Source: Malacoraja senta (Eukaryota). From it: a stretch of DNA of 64,000 nt. Under the pieces are notes generated by a model. The model made no database searches, was not told where the DNA came from, and saw nothing but the letters and a program-made list of their open reading frames with translations. The first letter of the stretch is position 1. Every line of letters starts with the position of its first letter. The DNA is taken from assembly GCA_038087875.1 (NCBI GenBank), contig CM075995.1:8124001-8188000 (forward strand), in the 5' to 3' direction. This document shows positions 11,604 to 24,323 of this stretch, in pieces. The position numbers and the translations under genes were made by a program.

Positions 11604-14600
11604 CTTGGTTACTTCTTCAAAAACTCAATCAAATTCGTGAGACATGATCTCCCATCACACAAATCCATGGACCAGCCCGTATCGGGGGGAAACCTTCCTG
11701 TAGTAATCAGGCACCATTGTTCCAGAGTCAAGAATCAAGAATCAAGAGTGTTTCATTGACCTTTCACACTTTACCCTTCAATACACTGTGTCTCCCTCTG
11801 TACATAACACAGAACAACATGGTGCATGTGTCTGTTTCTGGAGCCCGGCCTCTTGCTCTGATTTCTGCATTAGTTTAGTTTAGAGAAACAGCGCAGAATC
11901 AGGGACTTTGGCCGACTGAGCCCGAGTCGGCCAGCGATCTCTGCACACTAGCACTATCCTGCACACACTAGGGACTATTTTACAATTTTACCAAAGCCAA
12001 TTAACCTACGTCTTTGGAGTGTGGGAGGAAACTGGGGCACCCGGAGAAACCCCACGCAGGTCACAGGGAGAACGTACAAACTCCGTACAGACAGCACCCG
12101 TGGTCACGATCGAACCCGGGTCTCCGGCGCTACAAGGCAGCAACTCTGCCGCTGCACCACCGTGCCGCTCTAATTAGACATGTTTCATAAAGAATTTAAA
12201 CTGAACTTTCGCCAACATGCAAAAGAAGTTACATGAGTTGACGAAATGTGTAGGAAGGAACTGCAGATGCTGGTTTAAAACAAAGGTAGACACAAAATGC
12301 CGGAGTAACTCAGCGAGACAGGCAGCATCTCTGGAGAGAAGGAATGGGTGACATTTCGGGTCGAGACCCTTCTTCAGACGTTCTAATTTTAGGTGTTAAC
12401 ATTGGTATTGATTATTACTCTAAATTCCAGACTCAATGTCTCAATGTTTTCTCCCTTGTAGAGTTATATTTGCAATCAGTGGGTCATATTTGCATTCCTT
12501 TTAGTCAGAGACACCTTCCTTTGCATTTTAAATTTCAATATATTTGATTACACAACGTGATACATTCAATTAAATCTGTATTTTTTGTAAATATCGAGGT
12601 AATTAGCTGAAAACACCAATATGGCTGAATTATGTAGGAAGGAACTGCAGATGCTGGTTTACGCCAAAGAATGTCAGCGTGAGGCCATACGCAAATTGGA
12701 GGAACCAATTTCACTTGGGCAGCTTACACCCCAGTGGTATGAATGACTTCAAGTAACCCTTGCATTGCAACTCCATCCCACCATGCATCCTCGTTCTCCG
12801 ACCAGTCTGACAGTCCTCCTGACTAAATTTGACTTTGTATGCTTCGTTGTCACCTTCCCCCAAATAACAATGATAGACAATAGACAATAGGTGCAGGCCT
12901 AGGCCATTCGGCCCTTCGAGCCAGCACCGCCATTCAATGTGATCATGGCTAATCATCCACAATCAGTACCCCGTTCCTGCCTTCTCCCTATATCTCTTCA
13001 CTCCGCTATCTTTAAGAGCCCTATCTAGCTCTCTCTTGAAAGTAACCAGCGAACCAGCCTCCACTGCCCTCTGGGGCAGAGAATTCCACAAACTCACAAC
13101 TCTCTGTGTGAAAAAGAGAGTGTGTGAATGATTTTCCTTAAACATCATCCCCTTTGATCTCTCGTTTTCACACCTCACCTTCCATATCATATTTTTCCAG
13201 CATCTGCAGTTCTTTCTGAATCACTTCCATATCTCTGTGTCTCCCTCTCCCCTGACTCTCAGTCTGGTCTTGACTGGAAAAGTCACCCATTCCTTCTCTC
13301 CAGAGATGCTACCTGTCCCGCTGAGTTACTCCAGCATTTTTTTGTCAATCTTCAGTGTTTAATATGTGTGGACACAGAACAATGAAATCCTTTCTTGCAG
13401 CAGTGTAACAGGTCTGTAAACGCAGTACTGAACACAATAAAAGATAGAAACAAAATGCTGGAGTAACTCAGCGGGACAAGCAGCATCCCTGGAGCGAAGG
13501 AATGAGTGACTTTTTTTGGTCGAGACCCTTCTCTCCAGAGATGCTGCGTGTCCCACTGAGTTACTCCAGCATTTTGTGTCTATCTTCGGTGTAAACCAGC
13601 ATCTGCAGTTGCTTCCGACCCATAACTTTGTTATTGCCAGCATGAAATTCTCAAGCCCTACTTTCCCTGTAGGCACAGTTGTTTAGTTTCTCACATAACT
13701 TTCTTCACCTAGGCAAGGTTTTACTTTGCACGGTGGCGCAGCGGTAGAGTTGCTGCCTCACAGAGCCAGAGACCCGGGTTCAATCCTGACCATGCGTGCT
13801 GTCTGTACAGAGTTTGTACATTCTCCCTGTGACCGCGTGGGTTTTCTCCGGGTGCACCAGTTTCCTCCCACACTTGGAAGACGTACAGGTTAGTAGGCTA
13901 ATTGGCTTTGGTAAAAAAAAATGTAATTGTCCCTCGTGTGTGTAGGATAGTGTTAGTGTGCGGGGATCGCTGGTCGGCGCGGACTAGGTGGGCCAAAGGT
14001 CCTGTTTCCGTACTGTATCACGAAACTAAACTAAACTCTAGTGACATGTCTGTGGAATTTGAAATCTCTATCCCTTTATTTCACTGGGACACTGTGGACT
14101 TGTCTTGTCTTGTGGTCATCACTCCCGAAGAGTCCACCAGGGACTATACTGGAATTATCCTACACCCACTAGGGCCAATGTTTACATTTACCAAGCCAAT
14201 TAACCTACAAACCTGTACGTCTTTGGCGTGTGGGAGGAAACCGAAGATCTCGGAGAAAACACACGCCGGTCACGGGGAGAACGTACGAACTCCGTAGAGA
14301 GCACCCGTAGTCGGGATCGAACCCGTCTCCGACGCTGCCAGCGCTGTAAGGCAGCAACTCTACCGCTGCGCCACTGTGACCGCTGTCACCGTGACTCAGC
14401 AGCGGTTCCTGTCTGCCTCACAATAACGCTATAGTTAACTCAACTAGAACAATTTGTGGCTGCTAAAATTGTCTTTATTTTGAGGCAGGTACTATCACAA
14501 CATTCAAGAAACAGTGAGACACGTACATATGGATAGGACAGGTTTGGAGGGATATGGAGCAAACGCAGGCAAGTGGGATTAGTGTAGCTGGGACATGTTG

Positions 14601-14884
14601 GCCCATGTGGGCAAGTTGGGCCGAAGGGCCTGTTTCCACATTGTATCACACAAGAGTGAACATGTAAACATAGTACTCTGTAAAGTTTAGTAAACGAGAA
14701 AAAAAGTTGTTTGTGTAAAAATACTCACAAATACACATATATATATATATATCATATACACACATATATATCATTATATGTATATATATCTGGTATATAT
14801 GTATATATATATATATATGATACATATGTGTGTATGATACATATATATGTGTGTATTTGTGAATATCTCTCTATGTTTCTATGT

Positions 14885-16075
14885 TTCCTACACATTTTGT
14901 CAACTCCTGTAACTTCTTTTGCACTTTGGCGAAAGTTCAGTTTAAATTCTTTATGAAACATGTCTAATAATTAGGGCGGCATGGTGGTGCAGCGGCAGAG
15001 TTGCTGCCTTGCAGCGCCGGAGACCCGGGTTCGATCTGTATGGAGCTTGTACGTTCTCCCCGTGACCTGCGTGGGGTTTCTCCGGTTGCTCCAGTTTCCT
15101 CCCACACTCCAAAGACGTAGGTTAATTGGCTTTGGTAAAATTGTAAAATAGTCCCTAGTGTGTGCAGGATAGCGTTCGTGTGCAGTGATCGCTCGCCGGC
15201 GCGGGCTGAGTGGGCGGAAGTGCCTGTTTCCGCGCTGTTTCTCTAAACTAAACTAAACTGAACTAATGCAGAAATCGTAGCAAGAGGCTGGGCTCCGGAA
15301 ACAGGCATATGCACAGTTATCTGCTCATGCTCTGTGTTATGTACAGAGCGAGACGCAGGGATATGGAAGGGTAAAGTGTGAAGGGTCAATGAACCACTCT
15401 TGACTCTGGGACAATGGTGTCTGATTACTACAGGAAGGTTTCTCCCCCCTTAGATAGAGGCTGATCCATGGGTTTGTGTGATGGGAGATCATGTCTCACG
15501 AATTTGATTGAGTTTTTGAGGAAGTAACCAAGAAGGTTGACAAGGGTAAGACCATCTTCTTTTTAGGCCCCCCTCGGTCAGGGCTGACCATGGGTGTCTC
15601 CAGGGTTTGAGGACACCAGTACGTGACTTTGTTTAACGTGGGGAGACGGGTACACAAACAGCCACCACACGGTCCTTGACAGATCCGGGTCAGGATCCAG
15701 TGGCATGGAGTCCAAGACGACCGGGGACCCTTTTCTGCTGCAGCCTTCATCTGCCTTCCCAGCCGTTGTGACTCTCCACTAAGGTCAGCCATCGTCCTCT
15801 GCCTGTTCCACCGTTGAGGTCTTGGTTGGATTGCTCTTTTTCAGAGTCCTCCCCCTCGACCTTACTGTCATGGGTGGCCCTACCAGGAGCATAGCTCCAA
15901 GCGGCATCGCTCTCAGGATCTCAGGAGACAAGCTTCTCCACCACGACAAGGTGACAATCCACGGAGACCATATGCATTGTCCATATGGACTTCAGGACGG
16001 CCTTCCATAAGATTCAACATAGTAAGCTGCTCTGGAAGGTCAGATTGCATGGCGTCCAAGAAGAGCGAGCTAGTT
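14885..16075 (-). repeat. Inverted arm B of segmental duplication
   Basis: 14885-15530 is the reverse complement of ~11605-12258, and 15530-15858 of ~10457-10780 (ORF MADLSG... on both strands). Confidence 0.9.
15556..15967 (-). mobile_element. RTE-clade-derived short non-autonomous element
   Basis: 5' end TCTCCGTGGATTGTCACCTTGTCGTGGTGGAGAAGCTTG resembles RTE 5' ends; AAG-rich tail; flanked by AGACCAT repeats inside a CR1 fragment. 5'-truncated copies at ~10457-10757 and ~17811-18110. Confidence 0.6.
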
Positions 16076-16880
16076 CGATACAGTATGTAGGAAACAACTG
16101 CAGATGCTGGTTTATGCTGAAGACAGACACGAAATGCCGGAGTAACCCAACGGGACAGGCAGCGTCTCTTGAGAGAAGGAATGCGTGACCTTTCCAGTAG
16201 AGACCTTTCTTCAGACTGAGAGTCAGGAGAAAGGGAGACAGAGATATGGAGGGATAAGGTGTGAAAACGAGAGATCAAAACAGATGTTGCTAAGCAAATT
16301 TAGAATGGACCATTGTGTCAGAAATACATCGCAAAGCTGCAAGAAGACAGCAGGGGATAGGGACAGGTGGAGTGCTTAAACATGTGTAATGTCCTCTTCT
16401 TGCGTCATACATAATTCTGTGCTTTAAAGAAAGTTGAAACTGAACATGTGTAGAATTGGCTTCCACTGCCCTCTGAGGCAGAGAATTCCACAGGTTCACA
16501 ACTCTCTGTGTGAAAAAGTATTTCCTCATCTCCGTTAAATGGCCTCCCCCTTATTCTTAAACTGTGGCCCCTGGTTCTGGACTCCCCCAACATTGGAAAC
16601 ATGTTTCCCGCCTCTAGCGTGTCCAAACCCTTAATAATCTTATATGTTTCAATATAAAATGGCCTCATACAGCTAAAAAAATCTTTACAAAAAATGTTAC
16701 CCGAAATGTCTCTTTACCTAGCACTGAGATGAGAAAAAACGTTTTCACGCAGAGTTGTGAATGTGTGGAATTCTCTGCCACAGAAGGCAGTGGTCTCATC
16801 TCCTTCAGCAGCACCTTGGTCTCCCTTCCTGAGCTCAGACACCCACTTCTCCTCACCTCACCTACACTCACTTCCCCTCA

Positions 16881-17136
16881 CCTACACACTTACACCTCGA
16901 CTAATCCCCTCACCTACACACTTACACCTCGACTAATCCCCTCACCTACACACTTACACCTCGACTAATCCCCTCACCTATACACTTACACCTCGACTAA
17001 TCCCCTCACCTATACACTTACACCTCGACTAATCCCCTCACCTACACACTTACACCTCGACTAATCCCCTCACCTACACACTTACACCTCGACTAATCCC
17101 CTCACCTATACACTTACACCTCGACTAATCCCCTCA
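16881..17136. repeat. 32-bp minisatellite, 8 copies
   Basis: Unit CCTA(C/T)ACACTTACACCTCGACTAATCCCCTCA repeated head-to-tail with no spacers. Confidence 0.97.
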
Positions 17137-17167
17137 CCTCTACGACACCTCACGACGACACCTGACA

Positions 17168-17450
17168 CCTAATCCGCGCCTCGACTAATCGCCGCCTCTC
17201 TCCCGCTCGCGCTCAGCGGAACCAACGGCTCCAACCAGGGGGGCGGGACCGAGCGCCGAGAGCGGCGCAGGCGCACTGCCCGAGAGAGACGGTGGGGGGG
17301 GAGGGGCGCACGCGCGCAGAAGTTGACGTCGAGACCGAGTCCCGCCCGTGGCGGCTGCAGCCCCTCCCCGTGGGAGCGAGCGGGAGGGAGGGAGGGAGGG
17401 AGGGAGGCGGCCATTAGTCGAGGCGGGCATTAGTCGAGGCGGGGATTAGG
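17168..17450. promoter_or_regulatory. CpG-rich, putatively bidirectional promoter core (copy B)
   Basis: Paralog of 9841-10095. GC box, TTGACGTC, YY1-like GGCGGCCATT at 17406-17415, inverted arms. Confidence 0.5.
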
Positions 17451-20400
17451 TGTGAGGTGGGAGGTTTAGTCGAGACAAGGTTTAGTGAGTTGAGGTTTAA
17501 GTGTGAGGTGAAGTTTATTCGAGACAAGAGGCGAGGGGTTTAGTCCAGGTGAAAAATCAGATTCATTTCTAGGAAAACAAACAAAATCGGAATTCCGATT
17601 TAAATCCGAAGAATATCTGGACTAAAGTCACTTCTGGGATTAGGTTTCCTGAAACTTAAGCGTCATTAGTTTCATAGTAGATCTGCCCCAGGGCAGGTAC
17701 TATCACAACATTCAAGAAACTGTGAGACACGTACATATGGATAGACAAAAATGCTGGAGAAACTCAGCGGATGAGGCAGCATCTATGGAGCGAAGGAAAT
17801 AGACAATGTTTCGAGGGGGAGGTCTCTGACAAAGAGCAATCCAACCAAGACCTCAACGGTGGAACAGGCGGAGGACGATGGCTGACCTTAGTGGAGCATC
17901 ACAACGGCTGGGAAGGCGGATGAAGGCTGCAGCAGAAACGGTTCTCCGGTCGTCTTGGACTCCAGACCACTGGATCCTGACCCAGATCTGTCAAGGACCG
18001 TGGGGTGGCTGTCTGTGCACCAGTCTCCCCACGTTAAACAAAGTCACGGACTGGCGTCCTCCAACCCTGGAGACACCCATGGCTATGACCGAGGGGGGCC
18101 TAAGAAGAAGATGGTCTTACCCTTGTCAACCTTCTTGATTTGATTTGATTCAATTTATTGTCATTGTCTTCAAGTAAGAGACAACAAATTGCTATTTCCC
18201 ATACAGTCACACGAATAAAAAAATTTTAAAAACTAAAACACAGAACAATAGTCCACAACACAAACATCCCCACAGCGGCACCAAAGTTCCCCAAGGTGAT
18301 GGAAGGAACGAATGTCCAGTCAACTTCCTCGCTGCTGTTCCCCGATGTTCACCCGTGGTCGTGGCCTCCCGAGCCCCCCGCAGTCGCTGCTACGGGCGGC
18401 CTGATGTTCAGGCCTTCTTGCCGGGAACGATGGAACCCCGACGCCGAACGGAAGAACGTCCTCAGCGGCCTGGACCTCTGAATCGGCCACCTCCCTCCGG
18501 AGTCTGCAGCTCCCGAAGTCCACAGGCCGAGCTGGCGGCCCCCGGCAAAGAGTCGCAGGACTCCGCGATGTTGGTCAGCACCGCCCGCGCTGGGAGCTCT
18601 GCAAAACACAGCTCGGCGATATTGATGCAGCAGGCTCAACACTCCGGAGCTTCAAACGGCGATACCAAGTGAGACATTGCTCGCTCCGGGATGTATCCAG
18701 CGCTGCGCCGCCGCTGCTGATGCTCTGGTCCGATCCCGGCAGGAAAGGCCGCGCCAATCCAGTAGGTAGGCCGCAAGGAGGGGGGCGAGGGCGCGACTCG
18801 AATAATAGTTGCATCCTCGCCAGGAAGTGACCTAAGGATGGTTTCCCCCTTACCCTACCTCCCTCCCTCCCCCACATAAAATAGAAAGGAAAAAAAACAT
18901 ACTTTAAACAGACTAAAATAAAAAAAGATAAAAACACAAACAGACTGTAGGCAGACTTGGTTACTTCTTCAAAAACTCAATCAAATTCGTGAGACATGAC
19001 CTCCCATCACACAAATCTATGGACCAGCCCGTATCTAAGGGGGGGAAACCTTCCTGTAGTAATCAGGCACCATTGTTCCAGAGTAAAAAATCAAGAATCA
19101 AGAGTGTTTCATTGACCTTTCACACTTTACCCTTGAATACACTGTGTCTCCCTCTGTACATAACACAGAACAAAATGGTGCATGTGTCTGTTTCTGGAGC
19201 CCGGCCTCCTGCTCTGATTTCTGCATTAGTTTAGTTTAGACAAACAGCGCAGAATCAGGGACTTTGGCCGACTGAGCCCGTGTTGGACAGCGATCTCTGC
19301 ACACTAGCACTATCCTGCACACACTAGGGACTATTTTACAATTTTACCAAAGCCAATTAACCTACGTCTTTGGAGTGTGGGAGGAAACTGGGGCATCCGG
19401 AGAAACCCCACGAAGGTCACAGGGAGAACGTACAAACTCCGTACAGACAGCACCCGTGGTCACGATCGAACCCGGGTCTCCGGCGCTACAAGGCAGCAAC
19501 TCTGCCGCTGCACCACCGTGCCGCACTAATTAGACATGTTTCATAAAGAATTTAAACTGAACTTTCGCCAACATGCAAAAGAAGTTACATGAGTTGACGA
19601 AATGTGTAGGAAGGAACTGCAGACGCTGGTTTAAAACAAAGGTAGACACAAAATGCTGGAGTAACTCAGCGAGACAGGCAGCATCTCTGGAGAGAAGGAA
19701 TGGGTGACGTTTCGGGTCGAGACCCTTCTTCAGACTTTCTAATTTTAGGTGTTAACATTGGTATTGATTATTACTCTAAATTCCAGACACAATGTCTCAA
19801 TGTTTTCTCCCTTGTAGAGTTATATTTGCAATCAGTGGGTCATATTTGCATTCCTTTCAGTCAGAGACACCTTCCTTTGCATTTTAAATTTCAATATATT
19901 TGATTACACAACGTGATACATTCAATTAAATCTGTATTTTTTGTAAATATCGAGGTAATTAGCTGAAAACACCAATATGGCTGAATTATGTAGGAAGGAA
20001 CTGCAGATGCTGGTTTACGCCAAAGAATGTCAGAGTGTGGCCCAACGGAAATTGGAGGAACAGCACCTCGTATTTCACTTGGGCAGCTTACACCGCAGTG
20101 GTATGAATGACTTCAAGTAACCCTTGCATTGCAAATCCATCCCTCCCTCATCCTCGTTCTCTGACCAGTCTGACAGTCCTCCTGACTAAATTTGACTTTG
20201 TATGCTTCGTTGTCACCTTCCCCCAGATAACAATAATAGACAATAGACAATAGGTGCAGACCTAGGCCATTCGGCCCTTCGAGCCAGCACCGCCATTCAA
20301 TGTGATCATGGCTGATCATCCACAATCAGTACCCGGTTCCTGCCTTCTCCCCATATCCCTTCACTCCGCTATCTTTAAGAGCCCTATCTAGCTCTCTCTT

Positions 20401-22203
20401 GAAAGTATCCAGAGAACCGGCCTCCACTGCCCTCTGAGGCAGAGAATTCCAGACTCACAACTCTCTGTGTGAAAAAGAGAGTGTGTGAATGATCTACTTG
20501 ATTCTATGTTTCCCTTAAACATCGTCACCTTTCATCTCTTGTTTTCACACCTCACCTTCCAGCATCTGCAGTTCTTTCTGAAACACTTCCATATCTCTAT
20601 GTCTCTCTCTCCCCTGACTCTCAGTCTGAAGAAGGGTCTCGACTGGAAAAGTCACCCATTCCTTCTCTCCAGAAATGCTGCCTGTCCCGCTGAGTTACTC
20701 CAGCATTTTTCTGTCAATCTTCAGTGTTTAATATGTGTGGACACAGAACAATTAAATCCTTTCTTGCAGCAGTATAACAGGTCTGTAAACGTAGTATTGA
20801 CCACAATAAAAGGTAGACACAAAAGGCTGGTGTAACTCAGCGGGACAGGCAGCATCTCTGGAGAGAAGGAATGAGTGACTTTTTTTGGTCGAGACCCTTC
20901 TCTCCAGAGATGCTGCCTGTCCCACTGAGTTACTCCAGCATTTTGTGTCTATCTTCGGTGTAAACCAGCATCTGCAGTTGCTTCCTACCCATAACTTTGT
21001 TATTGCCAGCCTGAAATTCTCAAGCCCTGCTTTCCCTGTAGGCACAGTTCTTTAGTTTCTCACATAACTTTCTTAAACTAGGCAAGGTTTTACTTTGCAC
21101 GGTGGCGCAGCGGTAGAGTTGCTGCCTCACAGCGCCAGAGACCCGGATTCCATCCTGACCACGCGTGCTGTCTGTACAGAGTTTGTACATTCTCCCTGTG
21201 ACCGCGTGGGTTTTCTCCAGTTGCTCCAGTTTCCTCCCACACTCCAAAGACATACAGGTTAGCAGGCTGATTGGCTTCGGTCAAAATATTGTAAATTGTC
21301 CCGAGTGTGTGTGGGATAGTGTTAGTGTGCACCTGTGCGGGGATCGCTGGTCGGCGCGGACTGGGTGGGCCAAAGGTCCTGTTTCCGTACTGTATCTCGA
21401 AACTAAACTAAACTCCAGTGACATGTCTGGGGAATTTGAAATCTCTATCCCTTCATTTCTCTGGGATACTGTGGACTTGTCTTGTCCTGTGGTCATCACT
21501 CCCAAAGAGTCCACCAAGGACTATACTGGAATTATCCTACACCCACTAGGGCCAATTTTTACATTTACCAAGCCAATTAACCTACAAACCTGTACGTCTT
21601 TGGAGTGTGGGAGGAAACCGAAGATCTCGGAGAAAACCCACGCGGGTCACGGGGAGAACATACAAACTCAGTACAGACAGCACCCGTAGTCGGGATCGAA
21701 CCCGGGTCTCCGACGCTGCCAGCACTGTAAGGCAGCAACTCTACCGCTGCGCCACCGTGACCGCTCAGCAGCGGTTTCTGTCTGCCTCACAGTAACGTTA
21801 CAGTTAACTCAACTAGATGAATTTGTGGCTGCTAAAATTATCTTTATTTTGAGGCATGTACTATCACAACATTCAAGAAACAGTGAGACACGTACATATG
21901 GATAGGACAGGTTTCGAGGGATATGGACCAAACGCAGGCAGGTGGGACCAGTGTAGCTGGGACATGTTGGCCCGTGTGGGCAAGTTGGGCCGAAGGGCCT
22001 GTTTCCACACTGTATCACTCTATGACTCAAGAGTCAAGAGTGTTTTATTGTCATGTGTCCCGGATAGAACAATGACATTACTTGCAGCAGCACACCAGAA
22101 CATGTAAACATAGTACTCTGCAAACAGTTCAGTAAACGAGAAAAAAGGTTCAGTGTGTGTAAAAAAACCTCACAAATACACATATATATATCATATACAT
22201 ATA

Positions 22204-23820
22204 CAGTGGCTTGCAAAAGTATTCATACCCCTTGAACTTTTCCACATTTTGTCACGTTACAACCACAAACGTAAATGTATTTTATTTGGATTTTATGTGA
22301 TAGACCAACACAAAGTGGCGCATAATTGTGAAGTGGAAGGAAAATGATACATGGTTTTCAAATTTTTTTACAAATAAAAAACTGAAAAGTGTCGCGTGCA
22401 AAAGTATTCAGCCCCCTTTACTCTGATACCCCTAAATAAAATCCAGTGCAACCAATTGCCTTCAGAAGTCACCTAATTAGTAAATAGAGTCCACTTGTGT
22501 GTAATCTAATCTCAGTATAAATACAGCTGTTCTGTGAAGGCCTCAGAGGTTTGTTAGAGAACATTAGTGAACAAACAGCATCATGAAGCTCAAGGAACAC
22601 ACCAGACAGATCAGGGATAAAGTTGTGGAGATGTTTAAAGCAGGGTTAGGTTATAAACAAATATCCCAAGCTTTGAACATCTCACGGAGCACTGTTCAAT
22701 CCATCATCCGAAAATGGAAAGAGTATGGCGCAACTGCAAACCTACCAAGACATGGCCGTCCACCTAAACTGACAGGCCGGGCAAGGAGAGCATTGATCAG
22801 AGAAGCAGCCAAGAGGCCCATGGTAACTCTGGAGGAGCTGCAGAGATCCACAGCTCAGGTGGGAGAATCTGTCCACAGGACAACTATTAGTCGTGCACTC
22901 CACAAATCGTGCCTTTATGGAAGAGTGGCAAGAAGAAAGCCATTGTTGAAAAAAAGCCATAAGAAGTCCCGTTTGCAGTTTGCCACAAGCCATGTGGGGG
23001 ACACAGCAAACATGTGAAGGAAGGTGCTCTGGTCAGATGAGATCAAAATTGAAGTTTTTGGCCTAAATGCAAAACGCTATGTGTGGCGGAAACCTAACAC
23101 TGCACATCACCTTGAACACACCATCCCCACTGTGAAACATGGTGGTGGCAGCATCATGCTGTGGGGATGCTTTTCTTCAGCAGGGACAGGGAAGCTGGTC
23201 AGAGTTGATGGGAAGATGGATGGAGCCAAATACAGGGCAATCTTGGAAGAAAACCTGTTAGAGTCTGCAAAAGACTTGAGACTGGGGCGTAGGTTCACCT
23301 TCCAGCAGGACAACGACCCTAAACATACAGCCAGAGCTACAATGGAATGGTTTAGATCAAAGCATATTCATGTATTAGAATGGCCCAGTCAAAGTCCAGA
23401 CCTAAATCCAATTGAGAATCTCTGGCAAGACTTGAAAATTGCTGTTCACGGACGCTCTCCATCCAATCTGACTGAGCTTGAGCTATTTTGCAAAGAAGAA
23501 TGGGCAAAAATTTCTGTCTCTAGATGTGCAAAGCTGGTAGAGACATACCCCAAAAGACTTGCAGCTGTAATTGCAGCGAAAGGTGGTTCTACAAAGTATT
23601 GACTCAGGGGGGCTGAATACTTTTGCACATGACACTTTTCAGTTTTTTATTTGTAAACAAATTTGAAAACCATGTATCATTTTCCTTCCACTTCACAATT
23701 ATGCACCACTTTGTGTTGGTCTATCACATAAAATCCCAATAAAATACATTTACGTTTGTGGTTGTAACGTGACAAAATGTGGAAAAGTTCAAGGGGTATG
23801 AAAACTTTTGCAAGCCACTG
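22204..23820 (+). mobile_element. Full-length Tc1 DNA transposon (Passport/PPTN-like)
   Basis: TA|CAGTGGCTTGCAAAAG ... CTTTTGCAAGCCACTG|TA; ~214-bp TIRs (22204-22417 and ~23606-23820) with inner and outer AAAAGTATTCA direct repeats; 1617 bp. Confidence 0.97.
22583..23602 (+). pseudogene. Tc1 DD34E transposase with one in-frame stop
   Basis: ORFs 22583-23017 and 23024-23602 are in the same frame, split by TGA at 23015-23017 where Trp is expected ([10 protein letters not shown]). GRPP motif; QQD followed by 34 residues then E (NPIENLW). Confidence 0.95.
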
Positions 23821-24059
23821 TATATCATATATGATATATACGTGTGTATATATGTATCAATATATGATACATATGTGTGTATGATATATATACGTGTATT
23901 TGTGAGTATGTCACAAAATATAAACAATAATAGTTTGTTTAAATATCTCTGAATATAACTTTGTTTTTCCCAGCATGAAACTCTCTAGCTCTACTCCCCT
24001 CGTTGCCACAATTGTTTCGTTTCTAACGCGCGCAGGTTATGTTTTAGGAGCGTGGCCGT

Positions 24060-24323
24060 CCCGTTACTTTCGGGATGAGGTCAGTAAATGGGTGCGTTTA
24101 CACCAGATGTTATTGTGCTGGGATTGGTGTTAACGGAGAAAGGAAAGGAAGGGGAGGGGACTGAGATCTATTGCACTGAGCGTCGACAGCAACGTCCAAG
24201 GCAGAGAGGCTCGTCCCCCCAAACTGCACAAGTTTTCTTTCTGCACAGTTGGGCCAGAGTCTGCGACAAACTACCCTGTGCAGAGACCGAGAGGGCTGAG
24301 GTCAGTGTGTGTTTGCGACGGGG
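24060..24323 (+). other. Candidate non-coding first exon of the dehydrogenase gene
   Basis: Unique, CpG-containing sequence ending in a consensus donor GG|GTGAGT (GT at 24324). The first coding exon has an acceptor 3 nt before its ATG, which implies an upstream exon. Start is uncertain. Confidence 0.3.

Larger units (their letters stand above)
9794..14880 (+). repeat. Segmental duplication, direct copy 1 (core plus forward arm)
   Basis: Colinear with 17121-23910 throughout; near-identical ORF-track peptides at 10523/17878, 12344/19700, 12711/20113, 13359/20752. Confidence 0.95.
17121..23910 (+). repeat. Segmental duplication, direct copy 2 (core plus forward arm, with Tc1 insertion)
   Basis: Colinear with 9794-14880; homology resumes after the Tc1 in the TA-rich tract (23850-23910 vs 14815-14875). 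Confidence 0.95.

Noticed and set aside
16881..17136. 32-bp repeat array resembling CRISPR
   Set aside because: No unique spacers, no cas genes, eukaryotic context; it is a minisatellite.
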